Shown piece by piece: positions 1 through 11,553 of a stretch of DNA of 64,000 nucleotides. The position numbers and the translations under genes are program-made. Numbering within the stretch: position 1 is the stretch's first letter; each line of letters starts with the position of its first letter. Location: contig OZ038379.1 in the NCBI GenBank assembly GCA_964036045.1, positions 12,462,001 to 12,526,000 on the forward strand, written 5' to 3'. This DNA comes from Eutreptiella sp. 'Long Island Sound 2002'. Its lineage: Eukaryota; Protista; Euglenida. The notes beneath the pieces were generated by a model that made no database searches, had not been told where the DNA came from, and worked only from the letters and a program-made list of their open reading frames with translations.

Positions 1-373
1 AGGGCAGATAGGGGGGCCTTGGCAGTCTCTTGGATGGGGTGGGGGGCAGCAGGTGGAGGTAGGCACAAGGGTCAAGTCTTGATAGGTGTGGTTATTGCTG
101 TGTTTATACTATGTGCATGGGCCCACTGGCTCTGACAGGAGAAGCAGGTTGGATGCTGATGTGGCATAGTTCGCCCATGCTCGCGCGGCATTCAAGGATG
201 TTGCACCCACCTCCATGTATGTGGCTCGCAACCCCCCCCTCCACATGCCCATGCTTTATGAAAGATGAATACGCATTATTTCATCTAGATTTGTCCATAG
301 CATATCCCAGACGACCAAAGAACTGATGCAGTGTGAATGATGATTGCGCCATGCCAACGGACCTGCATGCCAA

Positions 374-460
374 TGCCCCCCCCCCCCCCCTCTCGAAAGA
401 AGAAACATGGTTCCCCTTGCTAATGCCCCCCTCTCGAAAGAAGAAACCCCCCCCCAGATT
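374..460 (+). repeat. Dispersed repeat with two CTCGAAAGAAGAAAC units; second copy at ~1196-1275
   Basis: cccccc-(c/t)tcgaaagaagaaaca-N-cccct(t)gctaatg-N-ccctctcgaaagaagaaac occurs at both positions. Confidence 0.7.
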
Positions 461-1379
461 TTTTCACCAAATCGCACATGAATTGCCCTTTTTTGCCTAG
501 TTTCTTTGGTGTGCAATGGCATGTGATGGGCACACGATATTTTGTGATGGTGCATAAGTGGAAATACGCCCATTTGTGGTCCAGACGTGTCTCAAACTGC
601 TTCATAATTTTGTCGCGGATGTCTTAAAATGTTGTGCTTGTGTGGGATGACCACGAGTAGGTTCCACGGGAGTTTATGGTAGGTCGTATGCCACCTTGAC
701 AGCATGTGCCATTGCCTGATCATGTTGCCTAAAACTACATTTGTTGCTTGTCTTGTGTGTCCTTTGTGCCCGCAGTGGTCTTCTGTTTTCATTTCCTCTT
801 CCGCGGTGCTGTTGTACAAGCGCAATATTGGGGACGCCACATGAAGTATATGGTGCTGAAACTTTTTGAAGTAGGTCTAGGGTCATCAATTTCAACCATC
901 ATTGTTTCAAAGGTTGCAGTTGCGCATTTTTGTCGTGTTTGCTATTGTGTGCTTGCATGTGTGAAGGAGGAAAGGCATGGGAAACAAATGTTGAGCACCA
1001 CAAGAAAAAAGGTGTAAAAGCATAAAAAAAATTGCAGAAGGTGGCAAATGTGAGCTCCACAGCCACCACAGAAATGCAAGAGGTACAAAGCATTGGTCCC
1101 CACCGTGCTTGCACCGATGGCACAAGCTAGAAAATGCGTGCGCAATTTTTTTTATTTTTGGCGAGAATTTGAGTCAATGGCCCCCCTGTGCGTGTGTCAA
1201 TGGACCCCCCCCCCTTCGAAAGAAGAAACATGCCCCCCCTTGCTAATGGTCCTCCCCTCTCGAAAGAAGAAACACAGCCCGGGCCATTGACAGGGGGGGG
1301 TGTTATGAATTTTTTTTTGAAATGATAGTATGACATTTGATCACCTCTTGAAAAGGCAATTTTGAACAGCAGCAAGCAG

Positions 1380-1521
1380 GCTCACTTTGCTCAATTTGCT
1401 CGCTTTACCTCAGTGGGACGGACAATGAGACACATGAGGGGTCATGGGTCCGGTCATGTGCATGGTCGCCCGTTAAAGTGAGCTGAAGTGGGCAAAGTCA
1501 GCTAAAGTTGGCAAAGTGAGC
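1380..1521. repeat. Small MITE-like inverted-repeat element
   Basis: gctcactttgc (1380-1390) is the reverse complement of gcaaagtgagc (1511-1521); internal aaagt-gagc subrepeats; no TSD recognised. Confidence 0.3.
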
Positions 1522-2102
1522 GAGGTGAGCAGGAAGATTGATTAGCGGGTGCTCACGGGGGCACATAAAGAAGACAGCCAGCAATTGTGCATATTTTGCC
1601 CCTCCACTAGCCGCATGCACAACCCCACATGTCTACAAGCCACACCCTTCCAGGCGTGCAACTGCTGCTGCTCCGGTTGTGCCTGGCCTTGGACTGGCGC
1701 ATGGAGGTGCTCTAGGAGGGACTGCAGACATTCGTGCAAGGGCAACGGCTCAAGCTGATTGCTTAGCAGGCTGGTTGCTGCCCGCTAGCCATGTGGTAGT
1801 GCAGCCTCCACTACCCACTTTGGGGGGCACATGTGGCCCCACTGGCTGGTGCTGATAGTAGCACAGCACGTTGCGCGTAGCTCACATGGCGTGACCCCCC
1901 CCCCCCCAGGGCCACTTATGCCTGACTGTGGAGTGCATTACCTCTGGTTTGCATTTGTCTGTTTTTTAATTAGGTCACCCCCCCCCCCCCCGGGCCAGCT
2001 GGGCCTGTTTGCTAAGCATTCACCGACATCTCTCTCCGTTCTCACGGCCGAACGAGTGCCAGAGAACACCTCTCCGCCTTCGCCACAGCCGGCGCAGCCC
2101 GG

Positions 2103-3159
2103 TTGTTACCCGCCGAGAGCCGACAGCTAGCGGTCCTCGGCTCCATTGACTCCTACAGCTACATCTTACAAGATCATTTGTGGTTCAAAGACGGATTTGA
2201 CAGTGACACGCGGTCAGTGGTTTTGTCTTCTCTTGAGCAATGTGTGGATGCCAATGCAGCCACTTCCTTGTATGGTCAACAGCCAAGTATGCTACTCGTG
2301 GGGAAAATGGAGGATAGACAAAAATCCTTACCGACATGAGCAGAATCCGCAATCATGTAACCACCCTGAGGAAATTTGCTCTCCTTCTCTTCATGGATCG
2401 AGAAGACAATGTCTCTGGACAAACATTTCTGTCTAAAGTGTTGGCCTTTGCGGAAAACATCCCTTTCTACTGTGAAAAAATCTCCATGGCTGACAGACCA
2501 GTTCTGGACATGGCCACCCATAAGGAAATGGTCACATGGATAGCTTATTCGACCCCCAAGTCCATATGCAAACCAACAGGGCTACGTTCCGCTGTGGTGT
2601 TCAAAACCCTCAGACTCATGTCGCCAGGACAAAAATTGAATAAAGTCGCGTACAAGGAGCCTGAGCTACGGCTAAATTAGTATGCGGTGCAAATGCATGT
2701 GGACCACGTCAACAACATCATGGCAACATTGCAACTCGACTCCAAAGAGCAATACCTGTAACCCGGGGAAACACGCGTCTGTTCTTTCCACAACTACCTC
2801 CGGATCAGGTACTGCTATTTGCTGACCAACATGGAACTAAACCTCGCTTCCAGATTCAACCCATCAGTTGGTACAGAGGTGGAGATTATGTGCGCTTCTC
2901 GAGGGCTTTTGATGGCTTCATCAAAAAGGAGTACAAGGATAAATGGGCCCCTTTCATGTTCATGTCTGAGCTCTCCATATTCTGGGGCATTCGTGATGTC
3001 ATGACACCGGAATCGTGCGTCCGCAGTTCTGTGCTTGGTCACAGCAGGTGCCCAAGTGAGATCCATGACCCCACCCACCCCCCAGCCCCGTTACAGCCCC
3101 CACAGCCCCCACAACGGCCGCAAGGGCAACGCATGGACCCCACCCAGCCCACGAGGTAG
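2103..3159 (+). pseudogene. Decayed intronless ORF of unknown family
   Basis: Protein-like segments 2103-2339, 2336-2680 (+in-frame continuation past stops), 2890-3159 joined by frameshifts/stops; no family recognised. Confidence 0.35.
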
Positions 3160-3238
3160 ACAAGCGCACCCCCGCCCTACCCCCCCGACCCTCCCCCCTT
3201 TTTTGTGATTAGCCTACCTCTGCATTGTTGCGGCCACA

Positions 3239-3685
3239 ATGGAACCCGGCGATTCCTCCCGCAAGAGGAAGCGGGGACGCAGGTCGTCTGATCCTGGGCG
3301 GACAGAACAAAAGCGGAGAAGGCAGGACCGCAATCTGATCCACGATGTGACCGTCACGGAGCATCTGGCAGCAGCATCCAGCAGTTACCGAACATGGACG
3401 CTTGTCCCATCTATACCAGATCAAAAGTAATTCAGTCTCCTTGCCGCATTGGCTCACAGGCTCGAACGGCACGTCCCGCACCCTGTGAGTCGCCAGCCAG
3501 AGTCGAAAAGACACGCCGGAGTACACTCCATGGAACGAACGGTTGTCATCACGGATGTCGACACCAACAGGTCGCTGAAAGCTGGCATCACAACACAACG
3601 CATTGCTGATGTTCCCAAGGGTACAATGCGGCTGTGGTGCATGGGGCTGCCCCGTCTGGTCTTAGCTTACCAGCATGTGGTGTAG
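3239..3685 (+). pseudogene. Decayed ORF with NLS-like basic N-terminus
   Basis: ORFs 3239-3430 and 3449-3685 are in the same frame separated by one TAA; begins MEPGDSSRKRKRGRR. Confidence 0.35.
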
Positions 3686-4096
3686 GCCTTTGTGGACGAG
3701 GACCCTAACACATGACGCCACATCCTTCTTACAGTTCAGAATGCACACGGCCCACACGTTACATTTGTTCTTGTACTTATCTTCTGTATGTACCCCCCCC
3801 CCCCCTGCTGAATCTGTATGTTACTCCGTGCACTTCTTGAAACTAAACAGCAACTGACGGGGAAAGGCCGAGTGAGTGCCATGCTTTGCAGCCCAGTCAG
3901 TTCGCACGTAAACAGTGAATGCAGTCCACACCCTAAGGACGACTGCTATTTATTGATCCTGGTTGTTCACTAGAGTCGGCAGACAGGACAAGCCCACAAG
4001 TGACCCAGAGAGCTAACCGCAAGAAACACCTCACTGTACCTTACATAGTGGAGCACCCCAACCAAGAAGGGGACACGTGCATTGATTGAGCTACGC

Positions 4097-4170
4097 AGTA
4101 TTGCTGGACTAGTGGCTGGAATTGTCTATGGCGGGGACATTCAGTCCATCGGAACCGACCATTGATCCCC
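4097..4170 (+). repeat. ~74-bp direct repeat, second copy at ~5774-5848
   Basis: tgctggacta(g/a)tggctggaattgtctatggcggggacattcagtc(c/t)atcggaaccgaccattgatccccca at both sites. Confidence 0.9.
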
Positions 4171-4369
4171 CAGCCCCGTTACAGGGGCCAAAATGTTTAA
4201 CAGGTCCCAACCATAGTACACGCCAATATGGAGAAATAGGTGGGCACCGTAGGTGTTGGAAAATTTTTGGTGCCACATCTTGGGAGGGGGCTAGTAAACC
4301 GGTCACCCCATGTTTAGACTCAAAATGCACAGTTTCTTTTTGGGGGCATTTTCTCTAGGCCCCCAAGAA

Positions 4370-4770
4370 GGTAGCGGTTATGTGGCCACTTATGATTCTA
4401 TCCCCCTAATTGGGAGATCCTGAGAAGGCAGGGGTTCTGTAACCTTTTTTGACTTCATCCCCTTATTGGGGACCCCTGAGAAGGCAGGGTTCATGTAGCA
4501 GGGGTCATGTAGCCACTTCTGATTTCATCTCCTTGTTGGGGACCCCTAAGAAGGCATGGGTTTTGTAGCCACTTCTGATTCATCCCCTTATTGGGGACCC
4601 CCGAGAAGGCAGGGGTCATGTAGTAGGGGTCATGTAGCGACTTTTGATTCCATCTCCTTGTTGGGAACCCCCGAGAAGGTAGGGTTATGTAGCCACTTCT
4701 GATACATCCCCTTATTGGGGACCCCCGAGAAGGCGGGGTTATGTAGCCACTTCTGATTTCGTCCCCTTAT
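4370..4770 (+). repeat. ~55-bp tandem satellite (~7 degenerate units)
   Basis: Unit ttcatccccttattggggacccccgagaaggcaggggtcatgtagccacttctgat; single units also at ~23160-23220, 28368-28418 and 33751-33803. Confidence 0.9.
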
Positions 4771-7091
4771 TGAGGCTTCCTCCTCTGCGGTGCATGCAGC
4801 GCGCGTTGGGAATAATTTCGACTGCAAACAAGACAAACAAATCATTGTCACTGTATTCGGTGTTTTTTGCACACTCCACCCCTCTACACCGTGCAATAGG
4901 TCCCAAGCATTTTTTCCCCCCAAGGACCCACCCCTTTCACCCGTGTCCGGGGGGGCTCCCTAAACAATATGGATAGGCCCCCGTTCTAGTTGGGGATATG
5001 TCTCGGTCCCGAGTCTTTGGTGCGGGCCGTGCCAAAAGAGGTCTCTTTATTGTCAACCCCCCCCCCAAAAAAAATACATACAAAATACATGATTACATGC
5101 CAGACAAACCTATTCAACACATTGACACTGTGGGGGTTTGATTTTGCCGGATCTCAGAGGCACTTGAACCAGGGTCTTCCGTGTAAGCCTCAGATTTTCA
5201 AAAACTATGCCAACGAGATCTGTGACATCCCACACAGTGGTGTGATAATGACTGTTGCCTTTATTGAGTAGCACTATATATTACAGGCAGAGCAGGCTTT
5301 TTGTTTTAGACCGGACTACTGCTTGGGACGGTCGTTCACACTGGGGCGAGGCCTGTAGCTGTGGCCTCTCCCCATTATTCAGGTTGTCACCGGCTGAGGT
5401 CATTGAGGACCCGTCCTGCGTTTTGTTTGGTTACAGGCAACCGAACATAGTTCTTCAGGGCCCCTCCGGCCCTAACCCCACTACCTGCGGTTTCTCTAAG
5501 TGTTGGCAACGACCAGTCAGCCCTCACTAGTTCCGGGTGACGCTGACGTATGGGCACATCTGGTTTCCTATGACCTGTTGTTGAATTCCCCAAGACCGAA
5601 TGAGTGTCGGGGAGCACTGTAGAGCCTCTGCACCGCTTTTAAGCATCATTGGTGGGTCTCCAGCCAGGGTGACTCGGAATGCATGATTTTCTTTATATAA
5701 TGGCGTTATATAGTGGTGTTTTGTAAGCTGAGCTGACCTGTGCACAGTGAATCCGAGACACCAATTGAACCTGAGTACTGCTGGACTAATGGCTGGAATT
5801 GTCTATGGCGGGGACATTCAGTCTATCGGAACCGACCATTGATCCCCCAATCGAACCTGATATGGATGTGCTGCAGTGCAGCAGAACAATGCACTGATTG
5901 TGGTAATGACCATGCGCCTCTGACACGGGGGCGTATGCGAGCCCAGTATCCGTTGCATCATGGCCCAAAGCAGGGGGTGTGGGCGGCTACGACCACGTGA
6001 CACTGCTGAGGAGGGAGAGTGGAGACCTCCGTTGTTGTATGCTAACCCCATATGCCACCTCGTCCTTGCCACTTTCTTCATAGCAAGATTTATGAGAGAC
6101 AACATGAGTGGAGATCATTTTGAGATGACCAGCAAGTCGCTTTTGGCGTAAGTAGACCGGGAGGTGGCTGCGCGGGGTGCATGGGTGTGAATATTGCTTG
6201 GACACCATGGTAGTTCAAAGAAAGGGGTGATTTTGGTCCTAGCCCCTCACCCCACCCGCCACCCACCAAGGCGCCAAAACGTGTAAGGGGTGCTGGGGTC
6301 AAGGACGCGCTTGGGCACAGCCCAAATAGCCCACCGTGGTGGCAAATGTGAACCAGAAGCACCGCTTGCCGCCCACATGCAAACTGAACATGTGCAACAA
6401 GGGAAGCACTTGACGTGGCGTGCGCACGGCATAGATATTTGGCCACCTATCCCGACCACGCAACCGTGCTTGCCATCAAGGTGTTTTCTCTCCGTAGGGG
6501 CCGTTTTAGGAGAGGGTAAAGCCTAGGCTTTTTCGGGAAAACACACCGTAGAAGTAGCGTATGATGTGCGCGCGGCGTAGATACTCGCCCACACTTCAAA
6601 GTGTGGTATTCTCGTACCTAGAATTTCTTTGCTGTTCCTTCGGATCCCCAAAAATATTCCCGTTGCACCCTGAATCACATTGGCAAAGCATCAATGCAAA
6701 AGTCGCTCCGCCCGTGTTCTGTTTGTGGAGGGTACCATATTTTCCCTTGAAATACCGTTGCACCCCCCCCCCCCTCGGAGACCATCACTTGGTGAGCCCC
6801 CCCCCCCCCCACCCCATGGGAGACTGTCGCAGGTTGGAGATTTCAAAGGGGGGGTAGGGTAGTTGCGCCATGGGGACTGGCTCCACCTACTTAATAGCGC
6901 CTTACCGCATGGGGCAAAGAGGGTGCACAATGATGCGTCACAGGAGTCATTGGCAATGTCAGACAGAAAATGACGACTCACCAGGTCCCGAGGGAGGGGG
7001 ATGAGCTAGATGGTGTTTGCACATGAACCACATTTTTGCTACAGTTGAAAAGAGAAGAGAGAAGTGAACTTGGTTGAGCGATGACCGAATG

Positions 7092-7156
7092 AGACACTAA
7101 AAAGGGTTATAAAACCAAGATTGGTTCCACGAGCTTGGTGACCCTAACCCTAACCT
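7092..7156. repeat. Telomere-like hairpin module; second copy at 16920-16985
   Basis: agacactaaa-agggttataaaaccaaga(t/c)tggttccac(g/c)agcttggtgaccctaacc(c)-aacct; agggt/accct and accaag/cttggt can pair; ends in CCCTAA units. Confidence 0.8.
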
Positions 7157-9159
7157 CCGGCGCCAGGGCAGGGCGGGGTGCCCCGTGGGCAAGGGGGGGG
7201 GGTGCCTCCCATCCCCGCTGCAGCGCCTAGGCAGGGAGGGGTGCCACGTGGGCAAGGGGAATGAAAAAAATTTTCAGGCACCTTCGGTGCCATCACATGT
7301 ATGATCGGCAGCTATTGACCCTTGGCGACTAAGTGGGCCTGGAGGGCAGGGTGTCGGGGGGGGGGTCGCGTACCAGAATTTAGGAGACGTCCCCCTCGTG
7401 AAATGTCCAGTAGGTTGTGTTGGGCCTTGTAGGTTGAGCGAGGTGGACAAGACACAGGAAAAAAGAATGCAGAACACTTCAAGGGCTACAAAAACAGTGG
7501 TATGATGTACAGCAAGCAAATGCAGGGACCCTCCTATTTGAACACTAAGGTATTGTGTTTTTTTGTGTTCCAAAACTGGTGAGTTAGGCAATCAAGGGAC
7601 ACAGTGTACATAGGCGGCTTGGCCTCGAAATATGTACAGCAAAGGTAGCATAGCTACTAGATTGGATGTAGGTGAGGCATTTCTCCACATGAGGAGAGCC
7701 CAAGGGGCCGCAAGACCTATACACTCCACGCGGGAGGTGGAAACCTACCACGACCACAAAAGGGTCAACACTAGACATTTTGGAGGATTTTAAGGCATTC
7801 ATGATCTACATGATCTACAAAGAATGGGTGCAACCCCACCCCCTGCCCCTATGCGCGCATCCATGAAAAATGTTTGTGATTTAGGCAAGGGGGGCGGCTT
7901 GTTCGAGTTTGAGACCCCAAGCGGGTGCGAAAACTTTTGGGGGTCTAGAGGGGGGGGGGGTCGGCTGGCCAGGCGCCGGGCTCCCCAGGGGGTTTGGTGG
8001 GTACCCCAACATACACACCTCAAAATAATCCCCATGACACGCTGATCATTTTTTTGGTCCAGTAAACATAGTCCGGAAGCTGCAAAGGTGAGCTTAGGTG
8101 CTATGCTACAATGCGGGTGCTCCGCTCGGTTCATATAGTACCTCTAAAGCAGGCCTACCCCTTGCAAAGAGAGGGGACACTGCTTTCTCCTGTCGATACT
8201 TTCGAGTATGCCGCCTGGCCATGGCCACACCTTCAAATTGAAGACTCAATCAAGGGCAGTGATAACGGGAGTATGTACAAACAACTACGTAGGGCGAAAC
8301 ACATGTCTTCTCACCCTCCTATCACCCTATACACATTGTGTGTTTGATACCCCACACTCTAACGGTCCTATTCTGAGGAAACACAGATACCCTCCCCTAT
8401 CTACCCTGGGCTTACCCATACAGGTGTTGTGACGTCATTCCACTTCAAGAGCCCAAACGGTGTGTGTGTGTGTGTGTGTACCCTATACTCTATTGCGTTC
8501 TGAGCTGTACCTAGCATGCATGTGTTCCCTTGTCCTACGTGTTAGGTGTCTTGCCCTTGTTATCCGTCGCCCTCCCTCCACTAATCTGCCATGTGTCATT
8601 GTTTCATGAACCCTATCCCTCAGATGTGAGCAGTCAATGCATGCGCCTCCACCCTCCTTTGGCGGTTGTGACCCGATGCTTAGACGCCGTCGCTTCCCCA
8701 TGACACATTGATCATTTGGAACATACACAACTGGGGTAAAAAAATATCAGAAAAAGTTTTCCCATTAGCTCAGGCTCCCATCAGCCAAGGTCCGACCCGG
8801 AGGTGAGGTAAGGGGTCTAATTTTTTTGTGTGTTTTTCACCCATTTGTGAATTTTCCACCAAATTTTTTTTTTCGGAGCCTTCGGTGCCAACACTTTCTC
8901 CCGAGATCTTAATTTGGAGAAAGATGGGTTCAAAAACTTTGGGATGTCGGAGGGGGGAGGGGGGGGATTCGAACAGGCCACCCCCCTCAGATTCAGGGTT
9001 GCTATTTTCCAAAAGGGGAGGGGTTGAGGCATGAGGCACCCGATGGCTATTGTCCACCATGGTGACAGCCATTGCAACCTGGCTTTGCACCCTATTCTGT
9101 GGCCATGGCACACGGGCTCACTAGCCATGAAGCAACGGATACAACGGATACCGAATGCC

Positions 9160-10110
9160 CCAGTGTCACAAGGGTGGACCTACCAGGTTTAGCAGCAGCA
9201 AGCAAGCAACACGCAACAGCGCGCGCGAAATGGGGAAAAATCGAACGTCCGTCGTGGTGCTTTGGATTTGGTTGAAATTTTGGTGCATGATACCTATGGG
9301 TGTGAAGTACAATCACACAAAGTTTGAGCGAGAAACTCGACGGTGGCGGTCGGGAACGGGATTCGCAAGTGGCGGATCTCAGTTTCAAAAAATGCAGTTT
9401 AGGGCCAAAAATAGCCATTTTTGGGCCAAAAAAGCCCTGGAACACATTCAAAACGGCCAAACGAAGGGAAACGGTGGGTACACTCCACTTGCGGCTTGAC
9501 TTCCCCGTGTCAACGAGCTCTTTGGGGCCCTCTAACTCCATGATATATCCCTGAAATGGCCCAAAAAGGCCCCCAGAAGCTCCAACTGCCGACAGCCACG
9601 AACCAAGAATAGGCCATATCTTTGGCTACATGGCTCAAAACGCGATTCCGAGGGCACCTACTCCACCCGCAACCCCCCACTTTTTGTGGTTTCCTCTCAG
9701 AATTACCCAAACGGACGCCTAGACCCCAATACCTAGGCCCACTAGGCTGCGGCAAGCTGCAAGCTCAAGCCCAAACAGGTGGGTGCCCAAATGGGTCAAC
9801 AGGGTCCACTAGGGGCAAAAGGATGACTTTTCTCAAAAATGATCCTAGACCATGTGCGACGCCAAAACAAGTGTTTTTGGACCGTTTGGAGCTTGTGGTG
9901 GCCCATTTTGATCCTCCTAAAATCCCAAAATGCCTTGAAAATGGGCTGTTTGGCGACCAAAAATGGGTCAAAAATGGGTCAAAAACGCATTTTTTCCAAA
10001 CCTCATCCTACACCATTTGGGGTGCACAAACGGGTGAAATTAGCCCATTTTGAGCCCATTTTTGGGCATTTTGGCCCCGCAGAAGTCCAAAAAGCCTTGA
10101 AAGTGGGCCT
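9160..10110 (+). repeat. Abundant dispersed repeat family R (~1 kb, internal ~150-bp subrepeats)
   Basis: Diverged inverted copy at ~15908-16925 (e.g. agggtggacct-accaggtttagcagc vs gctaaacctgttaggtccaccct); partial copies at 10370-10616, ~62430-62870, ~63830-63955. Confidence 0.85.
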
Positions 10111-10202
10111 CGTGGTGATGGGGTTCACTTGCAAGCTGATTTCACTTTGTCAAGAGCCATCAATGTGTGAATCATTCTTGATGTCCCTCACCAGTCATAG
10201 CT

Positions 10203-10312
10203 GATGTTCCCTCCCCCACCAGCTCGGTCCCAATGTTGAGTCTTGATTAGGGTTAACGCTCACCCTAACCAGGATTGAATATTGGGACCGAGCTGGTGGG
10301 GGAAGGAACATC
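10203..10312. repeat. 110-bp near-perfect palindrome centred on head-to-head TTAGGG/CCCTAA
   Basis: ~53-bp arms gatgttccctcccccaccagctcggtcccaatgttgagtcttgattagggtta / tcaccctaaccaggattgaatattgggaccgagctggtgggggaaggaacatc with a short loop. Confidence 0.9.
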
Positions 10313-10697
10313 GTCTAGGAGCCTTCAACAACAAATGAGGTACACAGTGGAAAGTGGATGAGAGCGGCTGAAAAGGGGTTCAAAATGAGCTGTATTCATC
10401 CGTTTGTGCAACACAACTAGACTAGGATCATTTTTCCAAAACCATGGTTTTGACCTGTTTTTGAGCCATTTGTCATCCCAAGTTGGCCGAATTTTCAAGG
10501 CCCTTTCGGCCTTGAGAGGGGCCAAAATTGCTCAACATGGGCTCAAAATGGGCTCATTCCACTTGTTTGTGCACCCCAAATAATCCAAAAGTATCTTTGG
10601 AAAAACACATTTTTGATCCACTAGTTGTGCCTCGTCTCAACTTTTGTTTGTGTCTCCAATGTTTAGGCAGTTTTTCTGTCTTTGTTTTTGTTAACCC

Positions 10698-11553
10698 ATG
10701 GACGGGGTTGAGCACCCCGATCAAGCCCAGCAGATGTCAGCAGAGGAGCGACTGGCTGCCCAGGCCAAGGAGATTCAAGACCTCAGAGAGCAACTCGCCC
10801 GAGTGGCAGTGAAGGAGGGACCACGCTTGCCCCCGCTGAGCGTGCCGGAGATCAACCGAGCCCTCGAGACGCCCCAATTGGCAATGGATGCGGCTGATGC
10901 TCTCGAACATCAAGGCGTACGTACGGCTTAGGGCTGGTGAGGTAGGGGAGATCCCCCGCCCCAGCGAGTTCGGCGGCCAGTCAACGGAGGCCGCGGTCGA
11001 TCCGGGGGAGCAGCTGGCGTGGCGGGTCTGGGACTGTGTCTCTCAGTCCCAAGCGGCTTATGCCCGCCGATATGCCGGCTCCCTGGGGAAGTCCAACTCC
11101 GAGTCCAACCAGTACGCTACGTTGGAAGAGGCATGGAGGGCGCTGGGGTTGGCATTCACATGGCGGAGTGTGAAGTTCAGGGAAGTGGGCGGAGTGCTGC
11201 AGTGGCAATCACGGCAAGGGGAATGGATCCCCGTAGAGTCACCACCGAGCGGAGGGTGCCAGAGGTGTGCGCAGCGGGGTTCCCCCGACGAGCGGCACTG
11301 GCACTTTAGGTGCCCGCACTGGTCCTCACAGGATCAGCTGGAGCCCGGACGAGCCGCCCCGGGCTCTGGCATCACAGGCACCGCGGCAGAGCTGCGGGCA
11401 ATCGCCCGCAGGTGGGAGACGGCAGCGCCTGGCAGACGGCCCCTGTTCCCCAGAAGAAAGCGCAATGCAATCGTGGAGACCGAGGACCCGGTCGCAGTAT
11501 GCGTCGCGGCTTCAAGCATTGGCCGCTTACGCGGAGCGCACAGGCCCGCCTGA
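10698..11553 (+). pseudogene. Gag-like protein of element 1, frameshifted
   Basis: N-terminal coiled-coil-like segment; GTAC duplication at 10917-10924 links ORF 10698-10931 to ORF 10888-11553; C-x2-C..HW..C motif (CQRCAQRGSPDERHWHFRC) aligns with gag of element 2. Confidence 0.75.

Noticed and set aside
7860-9020. Possible TIR pair (ggggggcggcttgttcga vs inverted copy near 8970)
   Set aside because: Similarity short and degenerate; no TSD or transposase found
9092-10204. Overlapping ORFs in repeat R (also 15806-16743 and 62438-62900)
   Set aside because: Derived from a non-coding dispersed repeat; reading frames are not conserved between copies
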